Shown here piece by piece: positions 53,136 through 64,000 of a DNA stretch of 64,000 bases. Within the stretch, counting starts at the first letter, position 1, and every line of letters starts with the position of its first letter. The translations under genes were made by a program, and so were the position numbers. The stretch lies in assembly GCF_009914755.1 (NCBI RefSeq), contig NC_060940.1. One strand, written 5' to 3'. The notes under the pieces were generated by a model. That model was not told the DNA's origin. It saw only the letters and a list, made by a program, of their open reading frames with translations, and ran no database searches. Source of the stretch: the human T2T-CHM13v2.0 reference genome, Homo sapiens.

Positions 53136-54272
53136 TGAGAGAGAGGCACATTAAATGAAGTGGAGAAAAGAGGTTCTCACGTATCTGCCATCTATGGAAC
53201 ACACCTATGGAATTCAGACCAAGTACTAATGGCATTAATGTTTTGCTAGTGCTGTGCATCATAGTGTTTGGCTGAAAATAAGATCAAATCTCAGATTCCC
53301 ATACAGTTGACTTTTCCCCAAGGCATCTGGAAACTATGACCACAAGTTTCTCCCTGGGTATCTCTCATTCCTGAGGTCAAATTTCATTATTGCATGCTTC
53401 AATGTAATACATGTAGATTTAGCCTCATGCACAAAGACACTTTCACTAGGAAAGGGGACATATTCTTCATCAGATTTTCTTTTTCACTTGTTGGGAATGT
53501 AATGTAACAACTTCACTGTACCATAAATTTACTTCAATGACTTGGAAAAACAATGTTCAGCTTCTTGATAATATTTAACTTTTATAGTAAAATTACTATA
53601 AGCAAGAAGCCATGAACTCATGATAAAGGAAATCACCCGCTCACTGACTTACAAGTTGAATGCTCTCAGTTCTTTAATTCAAGGAGGCACTATCAGTTTT
53701 ATTTAAACAAAAACTTCACAACACGAAGTTGTGGAGTTCACACGAAACTTCACAACAGTGTAGGTCTCAATATCCTTAGGTCTGAGTACCAAGATGCACT
53801 TTCCTATACACCAACAAGGGTTCCCTGTCTCAGAGATTAAGGCCCAGAAAGGGGGTGGAGGTGGCATTTGCTGGCACTAGGACATGGTCAGTTTGTGCTG
53901 CTTCAGAAATGATGCACCATCCACCCTCTCTGTAGGTGCCATTCCTCCTCACCTGTGTCAGCTGAGACAACACCACAGACCACCTCTCTCTCTTGCTGAG
54001 CAACAAGGTAGGAGTCAAAGAAACTGCAGGATTCCACTAGGAATTCCTCATCATTTCTGACTTGCAGAAAGCAGTGGTGAAATGGGACCCCCAAGCAGAG
54101 CTCACTCTGAACCCCTCCCTTTAATATGCATCCTGATGAATGCCGAAAGGCATTCTCCTGCTTTCTCCTTTGGGCCAGAGAGATTTGGGGTAAGCAAAGG
54201 CAATGCTTAGTTTTGGGGAACAAAACAACTGTGTAGGAGAAAGACAGCCTAATGCATGGTTCTAAGAGTCAA

Positions 54273-54520
54273 GAGGCAGGATAAGATAGTGGTGAAGAGC
54301 GTGGACTTCGGAGCCCGACTCTCTGGTTTGAATCTCAGCTCTGCCACTCATTATCGGTGCGATGTTAGGCACGTTACTTAACATCTCTGTTCATAGGTCC
54401 CTCATCTGTAAAACAGGGAAAGTTACAGTGCTTATCACATGGGGATGTTGAGATGGTTAAATATCAGACAAATGAAGCCCTGGAGCAATTCCTGGAACAT
54501 GGCCTATGTTTGCTATCTTA
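54273..54520 (+). mobile_element. MIR SINE, near full length
   Basis: agtggtgaagagcgtggacttcggagccc...ggtttgaatctcagctctgccact...ctcatctgtaaaacaggg. Confidence 0.85.
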
Positions 54521-55388
54521 TTGCTGTGGGGACTTCAGTGGCTACCAAGAAAGCCATAAAATCAAGCTGGTTTCACAACTGCTGGCTTCCTGGTAGACTG
54601 TGGCCAGCCAGGAAAGAACAACCTTTCCAGGTCCTCCCCACTGGGGAGCTATACAAGTCAGGGGCAGCTCCTGGCCTCTTCTCTGCAGAGTTGGGGAAGG
54701 GCAGTAGAAGGCAGGGGAGTAGGGAGTGGGACCTGACACATACAGGAGAGTGACAAGGGCAATGACTGGACAGTCAAGACACTGGGTTCCAGCTTCGGTT
54801 CTTCCTTGGATTATATATTTGACCCCTGTGGGGATTGTTCTGGGTGGCCTTGTGGTCTCCCCTGCTAAGACTCTGACACACTAAGGCCTAGCACCCCTGC
54901 CCAATACCCGACTCTTGGGAAATGAGGTGCTGACAACCACAGCTCCCCTTTGAAAATTCTGACTTGCCATCATCCCCTCACCACCAACGTCTCTACAACT
55001 AGATCTGAAGCCCTTGTGCCTGCTTTATCTCACAGGGTTGGGCTCATTCCAGGTCCCATCTGCCTCCCATTCACACCTGCCTCTGTCCTGAGAAAAAGTG
55101 ATGGTGCTGGACAAGTTTATGTGGAGGATATAAATCCTCCACATTGCCAGAATCCCCAACTTCCTAGGACCCCAGAAGCTTTTAGGACCCCAAGGATCAC
55201 AGCCTATTGATCACTCCCTTTTTGCCTTCAGTAAGTTTAGCTCTTTTCAGGGGAAACCCTGAGATAACTAAGCCATACTTGCATCTCTGTCCTTATCAAA
55301 ATAACAGCACATTTTTCTGGGTTATGTCAGCTCACTGAGCTGTCAAAGACACTTGAGAGGAATCAAATGTTCTTCGTGGATGGTGTGG

Positions 55389-55389
<1 letters not shown>

Positions 55390-55420
<31 letters not shown>
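55390..55420. repeat. (CA)n microsatellite
   Basis: Directly visible. Confidence 0.95.
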
Positions 55421-55423
<3 letters not shown>

Positions 55424-56109
55424 CACACATTGCTCTGTAAATCACTGTATAGTAAGCCAGGCAAAGATAGAGGATGGGAGTTCAGGAAGAAGAGAAGTTT
55501 ATATGCACTCATCCATTCTTCCTCCAGGTTGAATCTGTGGGCTTTAAAAATCCAGCTGAGTCCTGATTCTTACCTTCCTCTAGCTGAGTAAAATGTTTGG
55601 CCACCAGAGTTTAGTAAACAACTTTGCTGAGTGGGCAAAAAGGAGAGTGGGCTCCACTTGGTGCTGCCCCTGCTCCCCTGTCTCTGCAATGGCTAATGGG
55701 CCACGTGGTGATAGACGGGGACATGGAATGACCTCCAGAATTTGTGCTAGAATGCGAATGTCTAACATAGGAAGGCTTACTGAATTTCAGGCAAGTGAGT
55801 GATAGCTTTGCCACATCATGAGCTCTCATCAGGTCTTTCCTGACTGATGTTTTCTCTCACTTTATAGGCTCCCTTGAGGAATACATTTAATTGGGAAAAA
55901 AAACAACATACGGTTTCTACTTAATTAGTCCTGTCTCCCATAAAACCAGAACTCTTCACTAAAATATACAAGTACAAATCATTAATCTGAATTATCATAA
56001 ATGTCATACTGATAGGGTCTGCCTATTTCAAATTCAGAAATATAAATACATAGATATAATTAGATGCTTTACTCTCCAAGTTTTAACTTTCTGGAGTGAA
56101 TATTTAAAC

Positions 56110-56306
56110 CAGTAGATCTTTACTTTATGGATGTTCTTGGACATCTTGAGATTCTCTTGACAGCTATCACCCCCTCCCTGTAAAAATGCATTTATAAACA
56201 ACATTTTGCCTACATTTCTAAGGTATGCATAGACTGTCCAGAGCCCATCCATGGACTTCTTTCCTCCCCCATCCCCCAGGTCTAGGGACCCAGGTTGAGA
56301 ACCCCT
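56110..56306 (-). mobile_element. Charlie4z-like hAT DNA transposon
   Basis: aaaaatgcat...attttgcctacatt...agcccatccatggac...ccaggttgagaacccct. Confidence 0.6.
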
Positions 56307-57801
56307 CACTTGGTCTCAGCCTTGGTCCTACCTTAAATGCCATGCATTAAGAACACCCCCTGAATTTTTGTAACATCGAGATTTGAGCAAAATCCTTTCC
56401 CTAGCCTAAATGATGTTTTAGATCCTGAGAATTACTGATGTTTGGCATCAAAGGCCCACATGGATTTTTCTTTATTAAGGCTTCAACTGCCCTAGCAAAG
56501 ATTTCTCCCAAATTAATGAAAGATAGGCCTTTATTTGCCCTCTACCTTCTCTGTCTTGGAGCCTTTTTTTTTTTTCAGCTTATACCCAAGAAAAAGAAAA
56601 GAGAAAATTGTTAAAGAGTAAAAAGGTCTTGCTGATTTTTACAAAAACTCATGATTTGCTTCCTTCTAATTAGGATGGGTTAATTTTTCCTTCTCTTTTA
56701 ACAAACATATTTAAAGTTCCTGAATGATTTTGTAATCAACAGTCTAAAATAGATTAAGTCTAAATACTTAATCTTTCTCTTTAAAGACTCTCCTATGAGT
56801 TAAACTCTGTTGCCTTTGGTGTAAATTCCCACCACTTCCACCTCCAAAAGAAACAAAATATCTCTATCCAGACCAGAGAAAGGGTGTTAACAAATATGCT
56901 GTCTTTGTTAGGCTGGAATTCCTCAAATCTGATGTCTGAAAATGTTATTCATAACATCCAAATTGGATAAGGCAGAAAGTGAAGCTCTGAGCATTAGTCT
57001 CTTCATCTGTAGAAACAAGGCTGATAAGAACACTAACAGTACAGGGTTGCTGTGAGGATTAAAGAATGCAATGTGCTTAAATTACCTGACACAACACCTG
57101 TCATATGGCAGCTAATAGACATCTTCCAAGAGGGCTCACACAAAGGCCGCTGCAGCACCACGGACAGCTCCTTGTGCCCAGTCATGTTGGAGACGGTCTT
57201 CCTTCCTACAGCTGACGGTTGCTTCACCAGGCTGCCCTGCTCTATGGAGAAGGACTCTGCGGTTCTAAAAGGAACCTTGACCACCTCTTCCTTTTCTGTG
57301 TTAAGGAAATGATCCTCTTCATTTCTATCTGAAGGTGCAACCCATCAACATGAGGCTCATCAAAGGGATCTAAGTTCTCACAGGTTTTGTTGGATTCAAT
57401 ACTTGGAATTTCCATTAGTGTCCTGTGGCTAATTCCCCACCAGCCATGCTTCATAAATCCTTATTCCCTGGAGGTGAGGACAGGGACCTTAGGGCTCTTT
57501 GTACATCCGGCTCCATCCTTACTGTATTCCTTGACTAGCATTCACTTCCGGAGGGAATACTCTGGCCCTACTCTGTACCTTCTTTGACCTAGTGTGTGGG
57601 TTTCAGGGCACTTTCCTGCTACATTTAGGACAGCCAGCTCCCACAAGTGAAAATACCAGCCAAGGCACTATCTTTCTAAATAAAACGCTGACTAAATGTT
57701 AGCAGGCTTTTTCGTCAGAATGGGGCAGGAGCTGTGAGGGGGGCTGAACAAACATGTAGATGTGCTCTTTGGGGACAGTCATCAGCTGCTCGAGTTCCTG
57801 C

Positions 57802-57962
57802 CACAAGCTGCTCCATGGAGCTGCTCACATAAGAGCATGTGCATTTATGCCCTGGTCTCCCACCCCATCTACACTACAAGGCTCTTGGCTCCTCAGTGCC
57901 AGCACCACAGGTTGGCAATATAGGTGGGCTCTGCAGTTTTGATCTGGAAAATACATGTTAAA
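57802..57962 (+). repeat. Copy 1 of a ~160-bp dispersed direct repeat
   Basis: About 85% identical by eye to 59829-59988; shared ctcctcagtgccagcacc and caggttggcaatataggtgg. Confidence 0.9.
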
Positions 57963-58129
57963 TTCAGAATTTTGTAAAAATCAATACTACCTTGTCATTA
58001 GTTGATGTCAGGATTAAGTGCATGCTTTTCATTCCCAGTTGTCCCCTGACTGTGTGTGGCTCTTAACACTTTCATTTGCATATGTTCTGCCTCCTGCCAA
58101 ACTGTTTCTGTCAGATGTTACGAGTTTGA

Positions 58130-59050
58130 TTATTATTTATCAGCTTTTCCCTAAGACAGGTCTTGTTACTACTTCCATGGACAATAGTAACAGCCTCATG
58201 CCTTCTTTTTCCACCTTTTTTCTCCACCTTCAACCCAGTTTAGAAAAAGCTGCCAGATTAAATTTCCCAAAGTTTATCTAAGTATACACAGCCCCGCTTA
58301 AAATCCTTATTTTTAATGGCTCTTTACTGCCTACAAAATTACTTACAGACCCCTCACCCTGATATTTGGTGTCCTTGATTTGGATCTAACTAGATTTTCC
58401 TGCCCTTTTTCCTAATAAGTAACCACCATGTATCAGCTGGATTAATTGACAATTCCTAAATATGCTTGTCCTCGTGCCTTTATTCATGCGCCTCTGTCTT
58501 TCTGGAATGATCTTCCCCTTCCCATGAAATCCTCCCATTTTTTAAGGAATGGGAGAATTATTACCACAAAACCCATTCCTTTGCACAAACTTTGCTAAGT
58601 AGCAATAAAAGCTAACATTTATTAAGCACGAGGATATGCAAGACACTGGGCTAAACATATTACAGGCATTATATCTCATTTATTCCTAGCAAAGATAACC
58701 TATTACTGCCTATATTTTTCAGATGAGGGAACTAAAGTTTAAGAAGCTGGGCAGTTTGTCTAAGATGTCAGAACTATTAAGCAGTGAAGCAGGATTTGAA
58801 CCCAGGTGACCTGAGTCCAGGATCTTCACCTTTAAACCACTCTCCTGTTCTGCTATACCCAGCCCCTAGCACTTGACAAACTCTTACAGTGTTTATTCCA
58901 CTCCATCTCTATACTGCACTATAATTATCATGATGTACGTGTCTTCCTTTCCCTTACTCTGGATACTGAAAGCATTACTAACTTTGCTCTATTCATCTGT
59001 GTCCATAACCAGCACAGTACCTAAAGCTTCAGTGGGAGGAACCTCAATAA
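58130..59050 (+). mobile_element. L2 3' region split by a MIR (~58603-58850, minus strand)
   Basis: ggacaatagtaacagcctc...ttcatctgtgtccataaccagcacagtaccta...ctcaataaa; MIR gctaacatttattaagcac...cagatgagggaact. Confidence 0.7.
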
Positions 59051-59559
59051 AAAGTGGGGAGGGGGCTGTTAGCATGGATATTGTAGATGAAGGAGAGAAT
59101 GTGATCTGCCCCAAGAGGTCTGTGACCATGAGAAGGAACAGAGTAAATCTCATTCTAAACATATTCTACAGTCCCTAGAGAAATGCCTACTTGCGTGGGG
59201 CAAATGGTCAAGGAGCTAACATCATTTCAGCCAGGCAAATCCCAGAACCCAGCTGCAGGGAACTGCATTTTCCAGCCAGCTCTTTCTTCTACCCTTGTCC
59301 ATAGGGACCGCAAAGGGATAATAGCAAACTAACTCAGAGAGCAAGAGTCATGATGTGGTTCACCTCAGGAAAAAAGTATGTGGCCTGGGGGAAGCGAGGC
59401 TGAGGCAGAGCTGACTGAAAACTGGAGGGTGAGGACACAAGGGGAAGGGATAGATAGGATGGCCCACCAACGGGTTCCTTCATACTCTGGCTGTATGGGT
59501 CAGGGTCCCAGCACCCACAAGTTGGCTGATTTGAGAAAATGGACTCTTCTCAAGAGCGT

Positions 59560-60055
59560 GGTAGGTGGTAGGGAATTCATGGATGGAGGGTGCTGTGTAC
59601 TGGGGTGAATAACAGTAGGGGCTTAATGGGGTAAGAGGGAAAAAGTGTGGATTGTGGAGGCAGAGAAGCTGTCTAACAGGAGCAGTGACCTTCAGTGAGG
59701 TTTCACGGCCAGCCCACAGGAACCTTGTAGCAAGGTTCTCCGAACCTCATTCTCCTGTCTCCCTCTAATCACCTACTTAGACTCCTCTTTGGCTAAACCT
59801 AACCAAAGCAGAGGGCAGCATTCCCAGGCACAACTACTCGATGTAGCTGCTCACATAAGAGCATGGACACATATGCCCTGTTCTGCCACTCCATATCCAA
59901 GAGAGGGCTCTTGACTCCTCAGTGCCAGCACCGCAGGTTGGCAATATAGGTGGACTCTGTAGTTTTGCTCTGGAAAATATATGTTAAAGACACAGGGCAA
60001 GGTGCAGGAGGGCAGAGAGTGGACCTGGAGGGGCAAGGGAAAGATAGCCGAGTTA
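59560..60055 (-). mobile_element. ERVL LTR (LTR33/LTR41-like) carrying copy 2 of the repeat
   Basis: ttggctaaacctaaccaaagcagagggca...[insert]...cacagggcaaggtgcaggagggcagagagtggacctggaggggcaa. Confidence 0.55.
59829..59988 (+). repeat. Copy 2 of the ~160-bp dispersed direct repeat
   Basis: Aligns to 57802-57962. Confidence 0.9.
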
Positions 60056-60112
60056 GAATCACAGTCTAACCTCAGTGACCTTGTGAATGAAGTACAGACT
60101 CTCTGAGCATTT

Positions 60113-60862
60113 TGTGGACTGAATTTTGCTCTCCCCTTCACCAAATTTTTATGTTCAAGCCCTAACCCCCAATGTGACTATATTTGGAGATAAGGCTTTG
60201 TATCAGTTCATTTTCACACTGCTGTATAGAACTTCCCTGAGATTTGATAATTCATAAAGGAAAGAGGTTTAATTGACTCACAGTTCTGCATGGCTGACGA
60301 GGCCTCGGGAAACTTACAAACATGGCAGAAGGGGAAGCAGGCACCTTCTTCACAAGGCAGCAGGAGAAAGAGAGAGTATGTGAAGGAGGAACTGTCAAAC
60401 ACTTATAAAACCATCAGACCTTGTGAGAACTCACTCACTATCACCAGAACAGCAGGAGGAAACCACCCCCATGATCAAATCACCCCCAACCAGGTCCCTC
60501 CCTTGACACATGGGGATTATGGTGATTACAATTCAAGATGAGATTTGGTTGGGGACACAGAGCCAAACCGTATCAGGCCTTTAGGAAGGTAATAAGGTTA
60601 CATAGTTCACAAGAATGTGGTCTTAATCCAATATGATTAGTGTCTCATAAGAAGAGAAAGAGACACTAGAGATGTGTACATACAGAGGAAAGGCCAGGTG
60701 AGGACACACCAAGAAGGTGGCTGTCTACACACCAAGGAGAGTGGTCCCTGCTGACCTTGATATTGGACTTCTGGTCTCCAGAATTGTGAGAAAATAAATT
60801 TCTGTTGTTTAAGCCACCCAATCTACAGTATTTTGTTAAGATAGCCCCAGCAGACTGGAACA
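60113..60862 (+). mobile_element. MLT1B-like LTR split by THE1
   Basis: tgtggactgaatt...cccaatgtgactatatttggagataagg | cctttagg...aaataaatttctgttgtttaagccaccca. Confidence 0.85.
60199..60575 (-). mobile_element. THE1D-like solo LTR
   Basis: tgtatcagttcattttcacactgct...gaggtttaattgactcacagttc...acacagagccaaaccgtatca; TSD ggctt/ggcct. Confidence 0.9.
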
Positions 60863-61039
60863 GAGCAAGAGGAAACCTTGGAGAACATGCCATCTGACAG
60901 TCCGAATTCACAGAGGAGGAGTCTGAGCAGCAACGGGGGACGTTCTGTCCCCAACACCTCATGGCAGTGTAGAGGCGGAGTGTGGACTAGAACCCACAAT
61001 GGCAAACTCCCAGACCAAAGCCTCCCACGACACCTAGAA

Positions 61040-61365
61040 ACTACAAGCCAGAGATCATGGGTTAAATCCAACTTGCTAATGTATTTTGTTGGGCTTGTAT
61101 TCAGTGTTGGGTTATAGCTGAATTGATTTCCCACTTTGAAAAACCAGGTGATTTCATATTAATATCCAGATGTTCAACTTCTGTTTAAAAATCAGAAGAT
61201 CTGGCAACTCTGGACTCACATTCTAGGACGTCTACACGCAGCCTGAACTGAGATGCGGCTCTGTACATCCAAGGGGTCCACACCAACCAACCTGACATCA
61301 TGCATGCTACTCTCATTTAGTCACTATCTGGCCCCAGTAAGCACTTCAAGTATCAATGCCTGATC
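61040..61365. mobile_element. MER102-like hAT DNA transposon
   Basis: gatttcatattaatatccagatgttcaacttctgtttaaaaatcagaagatctggcaactctgg. Confidence 0.6.
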
Positions 61366-61631
61366 ACACAAGCTATTTTTTTCAAAGAGAACATGCATGG
61401 ATATCAACAACTAATAAACATGCTACCCCTCACAGAAAATACATGCAGTCAGTAGCTGGAGACTGCAAGACTTTGGAAACAAGGGATATAAGACTGTCTT
61501 CTGGGAGACAAACTGTGATGTCAACCTACAGTTGTTCCGGCTAAGTCATCTTAAAGAAATAAATGTGCCCTGAGTGTGTGGTACAGGACAGGAACCTAAA
61601 TGTAACATAAAGAAAGCATGTACCAATGGGT

Positions 61632-61970
61632 ACAATAGGCTGAACGTTTGTGTCCCCTCCCCCAAATTCATATGCTGAAACCTAGTCTCCACTGGGATGC
61701 TATTAGGCGATGGGGCATGTGAAGTGATTAGGTCATGGATGGAATGATTGCCCTTACGTAAAAGGCCCCTGAGAGCTCCCTTGCCCTTTCCACCAAATGA
61801 GGACACAGTGAAAAGACAGCCATCTATGAGCCAGATGTGAGCCCTCACCAGATACTTGGATCTTGATCTTGGACATCCCAGCCTCCAGAACTGTAAGAAA
61901 TACATTTCTGTTGTTTATGGGCCCCTCAGTCTATGGTATTCAGTTATAGCAGTCCCAAAGGACTAAGACA
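61632..61970 (+). mobile_element. MLT1A0-like solo LTR
   Basis: ctgaacgtttgtgtcccctcccccaaattcatatgctgaaacc...cagcctccagaactgtaagaaata...ggactaagaca. Confidence 0.85.
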
Positions 61971-62629
61971 ATCTTGTGGGGTTGATCAACCATGAACGCT
62001 TAGAAAACAAAGTAGAGTCAGAAGCAAAAACTGCTGATAACCACTCAAGCACCACTCAGGAAGAGAGGGCTGTAGTCAGAAACACAGCTGGACCATTCCC
62101 AGGACAGATAAGTTCCACCTTGCAATGATTGCATAGCCCATTAATCATTTGAATTATTTTATGCTACTTGCTCTGATGCCATGCTCACCAACTCCACTTC
62201 AGATCTCAGTTTCCATGTAGAAAATGACCAGCCTCTCTCACCCTCACCCTGCCCGAAGGAGACGGGAGTACTAGTTTCCTTGTACTGTGTCGTGCTAGCT
62301 TTTTAATGGATTGCATCTGTTTGGGGAGCTTGATTAAAGGGCTCCCACCTCTGAAGATCAATTTGACTCTCCTTGCCCTGAAAAATCTTGTTTCTGTGCC
62401 TGTGAGACTGAGCCAGATGTTCCCCTGGAGGCCTCTTGGGAGCCAGCAAGATGGCCTTTCTGGCACATTTCCTCTCTTCTCCCCACCCCTACCCCCATGC
62501 ATATGCCAGAATTTCATCTTTGGCCATATGGCCTCACTTTAAAATAATAATAATAATAGTAGATAAGCACTTTAACAAGGATATTCTGGACACAGAGACT
62601 TAATGAAAAGGAGAAACACTTGGATCTGC

Positions 62630-62768
62630 ATGTCCATATGTGGCTATTTAAATTAATTCAAATTAAGTTAAATTAAAAATTTAGTTCCTCAGTTACTTGC
62701 CACACGTCACGTGTCCAATAGCTACATGTGGCTAGTGGTTGCTGCATCTGACAGCACAGTTATAGAAC
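62630..62768. mobile_element. MER3/MER33-like fragment
   Basis: atatgtggctatttaaattaa...aaaatttagttcctcagttac...caatagctacatgtggctagtgg. Confidence 0.75.
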
Positions 62769-63189
62769 TGTTAGGAAAGGAGATAAGTGTGAACAGAGGC
62801 ACTTTTTGAAGGCTCTCGAATCATCCCCCTTGGGCCTCCAGATGCTGCATCTATGAGTGAGGTCTAGTCACTTGCAGAGCCAGAATAAGTGAGGGCAGCA
62901 GGACAAGAGGCCCAGGTCAATCTCTTAGGGCCTGGCTGATGTCCACCTCACCAGCCTCCTGTCTAGAGATGAACTTGAAATCAACTGGGAGTTCTTCGCA
63001 GGTGCGTCATCACTCTTCAGCAGCTGAGGGCTTGCAAAATTCCAAACCTTGGAGGAAACTCCAAACACCTCTTTCCTGGGACCTGCCGCTCACTGAAACT
63101 CCACAAAGGGGACCAGAGGGCAGTAAAAGAACAAGCCCTCTCAGCAAGATGGCCCTGCAAGCGCCAGGTTCTCTGCCAATTTGCTCATT

Positions 63190-63325
63190 CATTCCTCATC
63201 AGAGCTTCATGAGGATGGCAGGGCAGGATGACGAAGGCCACTTTATAGATGAGAAAACTGAGGCTCTTGGTAAAACACAGAAAAGTTTCAGGTGAAGCTA
63301 GAGTTTGTAATTTCCCAACTCCTGG
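63190..63325 (-). mobile_element. MIR fragment
   Basis: ccactttatagatgagaaaactgaggctc. Confidence 0.55.
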
Positions 63326-64000
63326 CTTAGTGCTTCTTCCTCTTATATCGTGTTGCCTCTTTAGAAAACAGTTCCCAAGGTTGCAAACCATTTGCCCAAG
63401 TGGCAGAGGGTTGGGAAACATAGTTTGAAAAGGTGAAGATGTCTCTGCACAACTGACCTCTCAATGCCAGGCAATGGGTGAAGATCCAGAGGAGGCCCAG
63501 CTTGGATGACACGGTGGGGGCCTTGGGAAACACACTTCACTTGTGACAAGGAGTTCTGCTTTCCAATCTGTAGTGTGGGGATGGTGCTAATGCTAATTGA
63601 CTTTTCTTAGCCACATAGGGATGCTGGAATGATCGATGAGATCGTGGATGAGAAAAATCATCAGGAAGATGGTAAGAAGCCCAGAGGATTATAAGCCTCC
63701 TCCTTCTCAGAACCCAAACAAAAGTAAAGCTAAAATAAACAGGCACATTTTTTTCTTGCAGTTTTTCACTTTTATGAAAGAGATAAATGTCAAAGAAATC
63801 AAGTTTACTTCATACGGATTATATATAAATTTTCCCCTGGGAGTCCACGTGTCAGCAAAAGGTTCAGCTCAGCCTCCTATACTTACCCAGTTGGTGTCCA
63901 AAATAATGAGAATTACTCATAATGATGGAAAAGGCCCTACCAGACCGTGACGGGCCTTCTGAATCACCAGAAGCACATCCCTAGATTTGTATATAGCAGA

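Noticed and set aside
55200-55810. Splice-like words (cagtaagt, caggcaagtgagt) suggesting an exon
   Set aside because: There is no coherent acceptor-ORF-donor structure or recognisable protein. A lncRNA exon cannot be excluded without RNA data.

Overview
This window is repeat-dense, non-coding hominoid (human or great ape) genomic DNA; the presence of an SVA retrotransposon restricts it to apes. I find no credible host protein-coding exon, intact RNA gene, CRISPR array or prokaryote-type system. The ORFs I can interpret are Alu, SVA-VNTR, L1 or ERV read-through, and the rest look like chance ORFs. Layout: (i) 1-11.1 kb, scattered MIR/L2/MaLR/Alu in unique DNA. (ii) 11.26-22.68 kb, a decayed ERV1-class provirus with MER57-like LTRs and gag-matrix, integrase and env remnants, carrying nested MER31-like, MER4A, MSTB, FLAM, Alu and L1PA insertions. 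(iii) 22.7-44 kb, a stack of minus-strand L1s containing a 3'-truncated SVA_A-like element and a 36-nt U2 snRNA retrocopy. (iv) 44-64 kb, Alus, Tigger3, MIR/L2/MaLR and unique DNA. The structure least explained by repeat annotation is a set of locally templated rearrangements: a 71-bp-arm fold-back at 10.6-10.8 kb, two 160-190 bp segments copied from 1.4-2 kb away into LTRs, and two direct-plus-inverted micro-patchworks. These look like DNA-repair or template-switch scars. I cannot support a claim of a new biological system. Repeat subfamily names come from recalled consensus motifs, and boundaries of old repeats are approximate.
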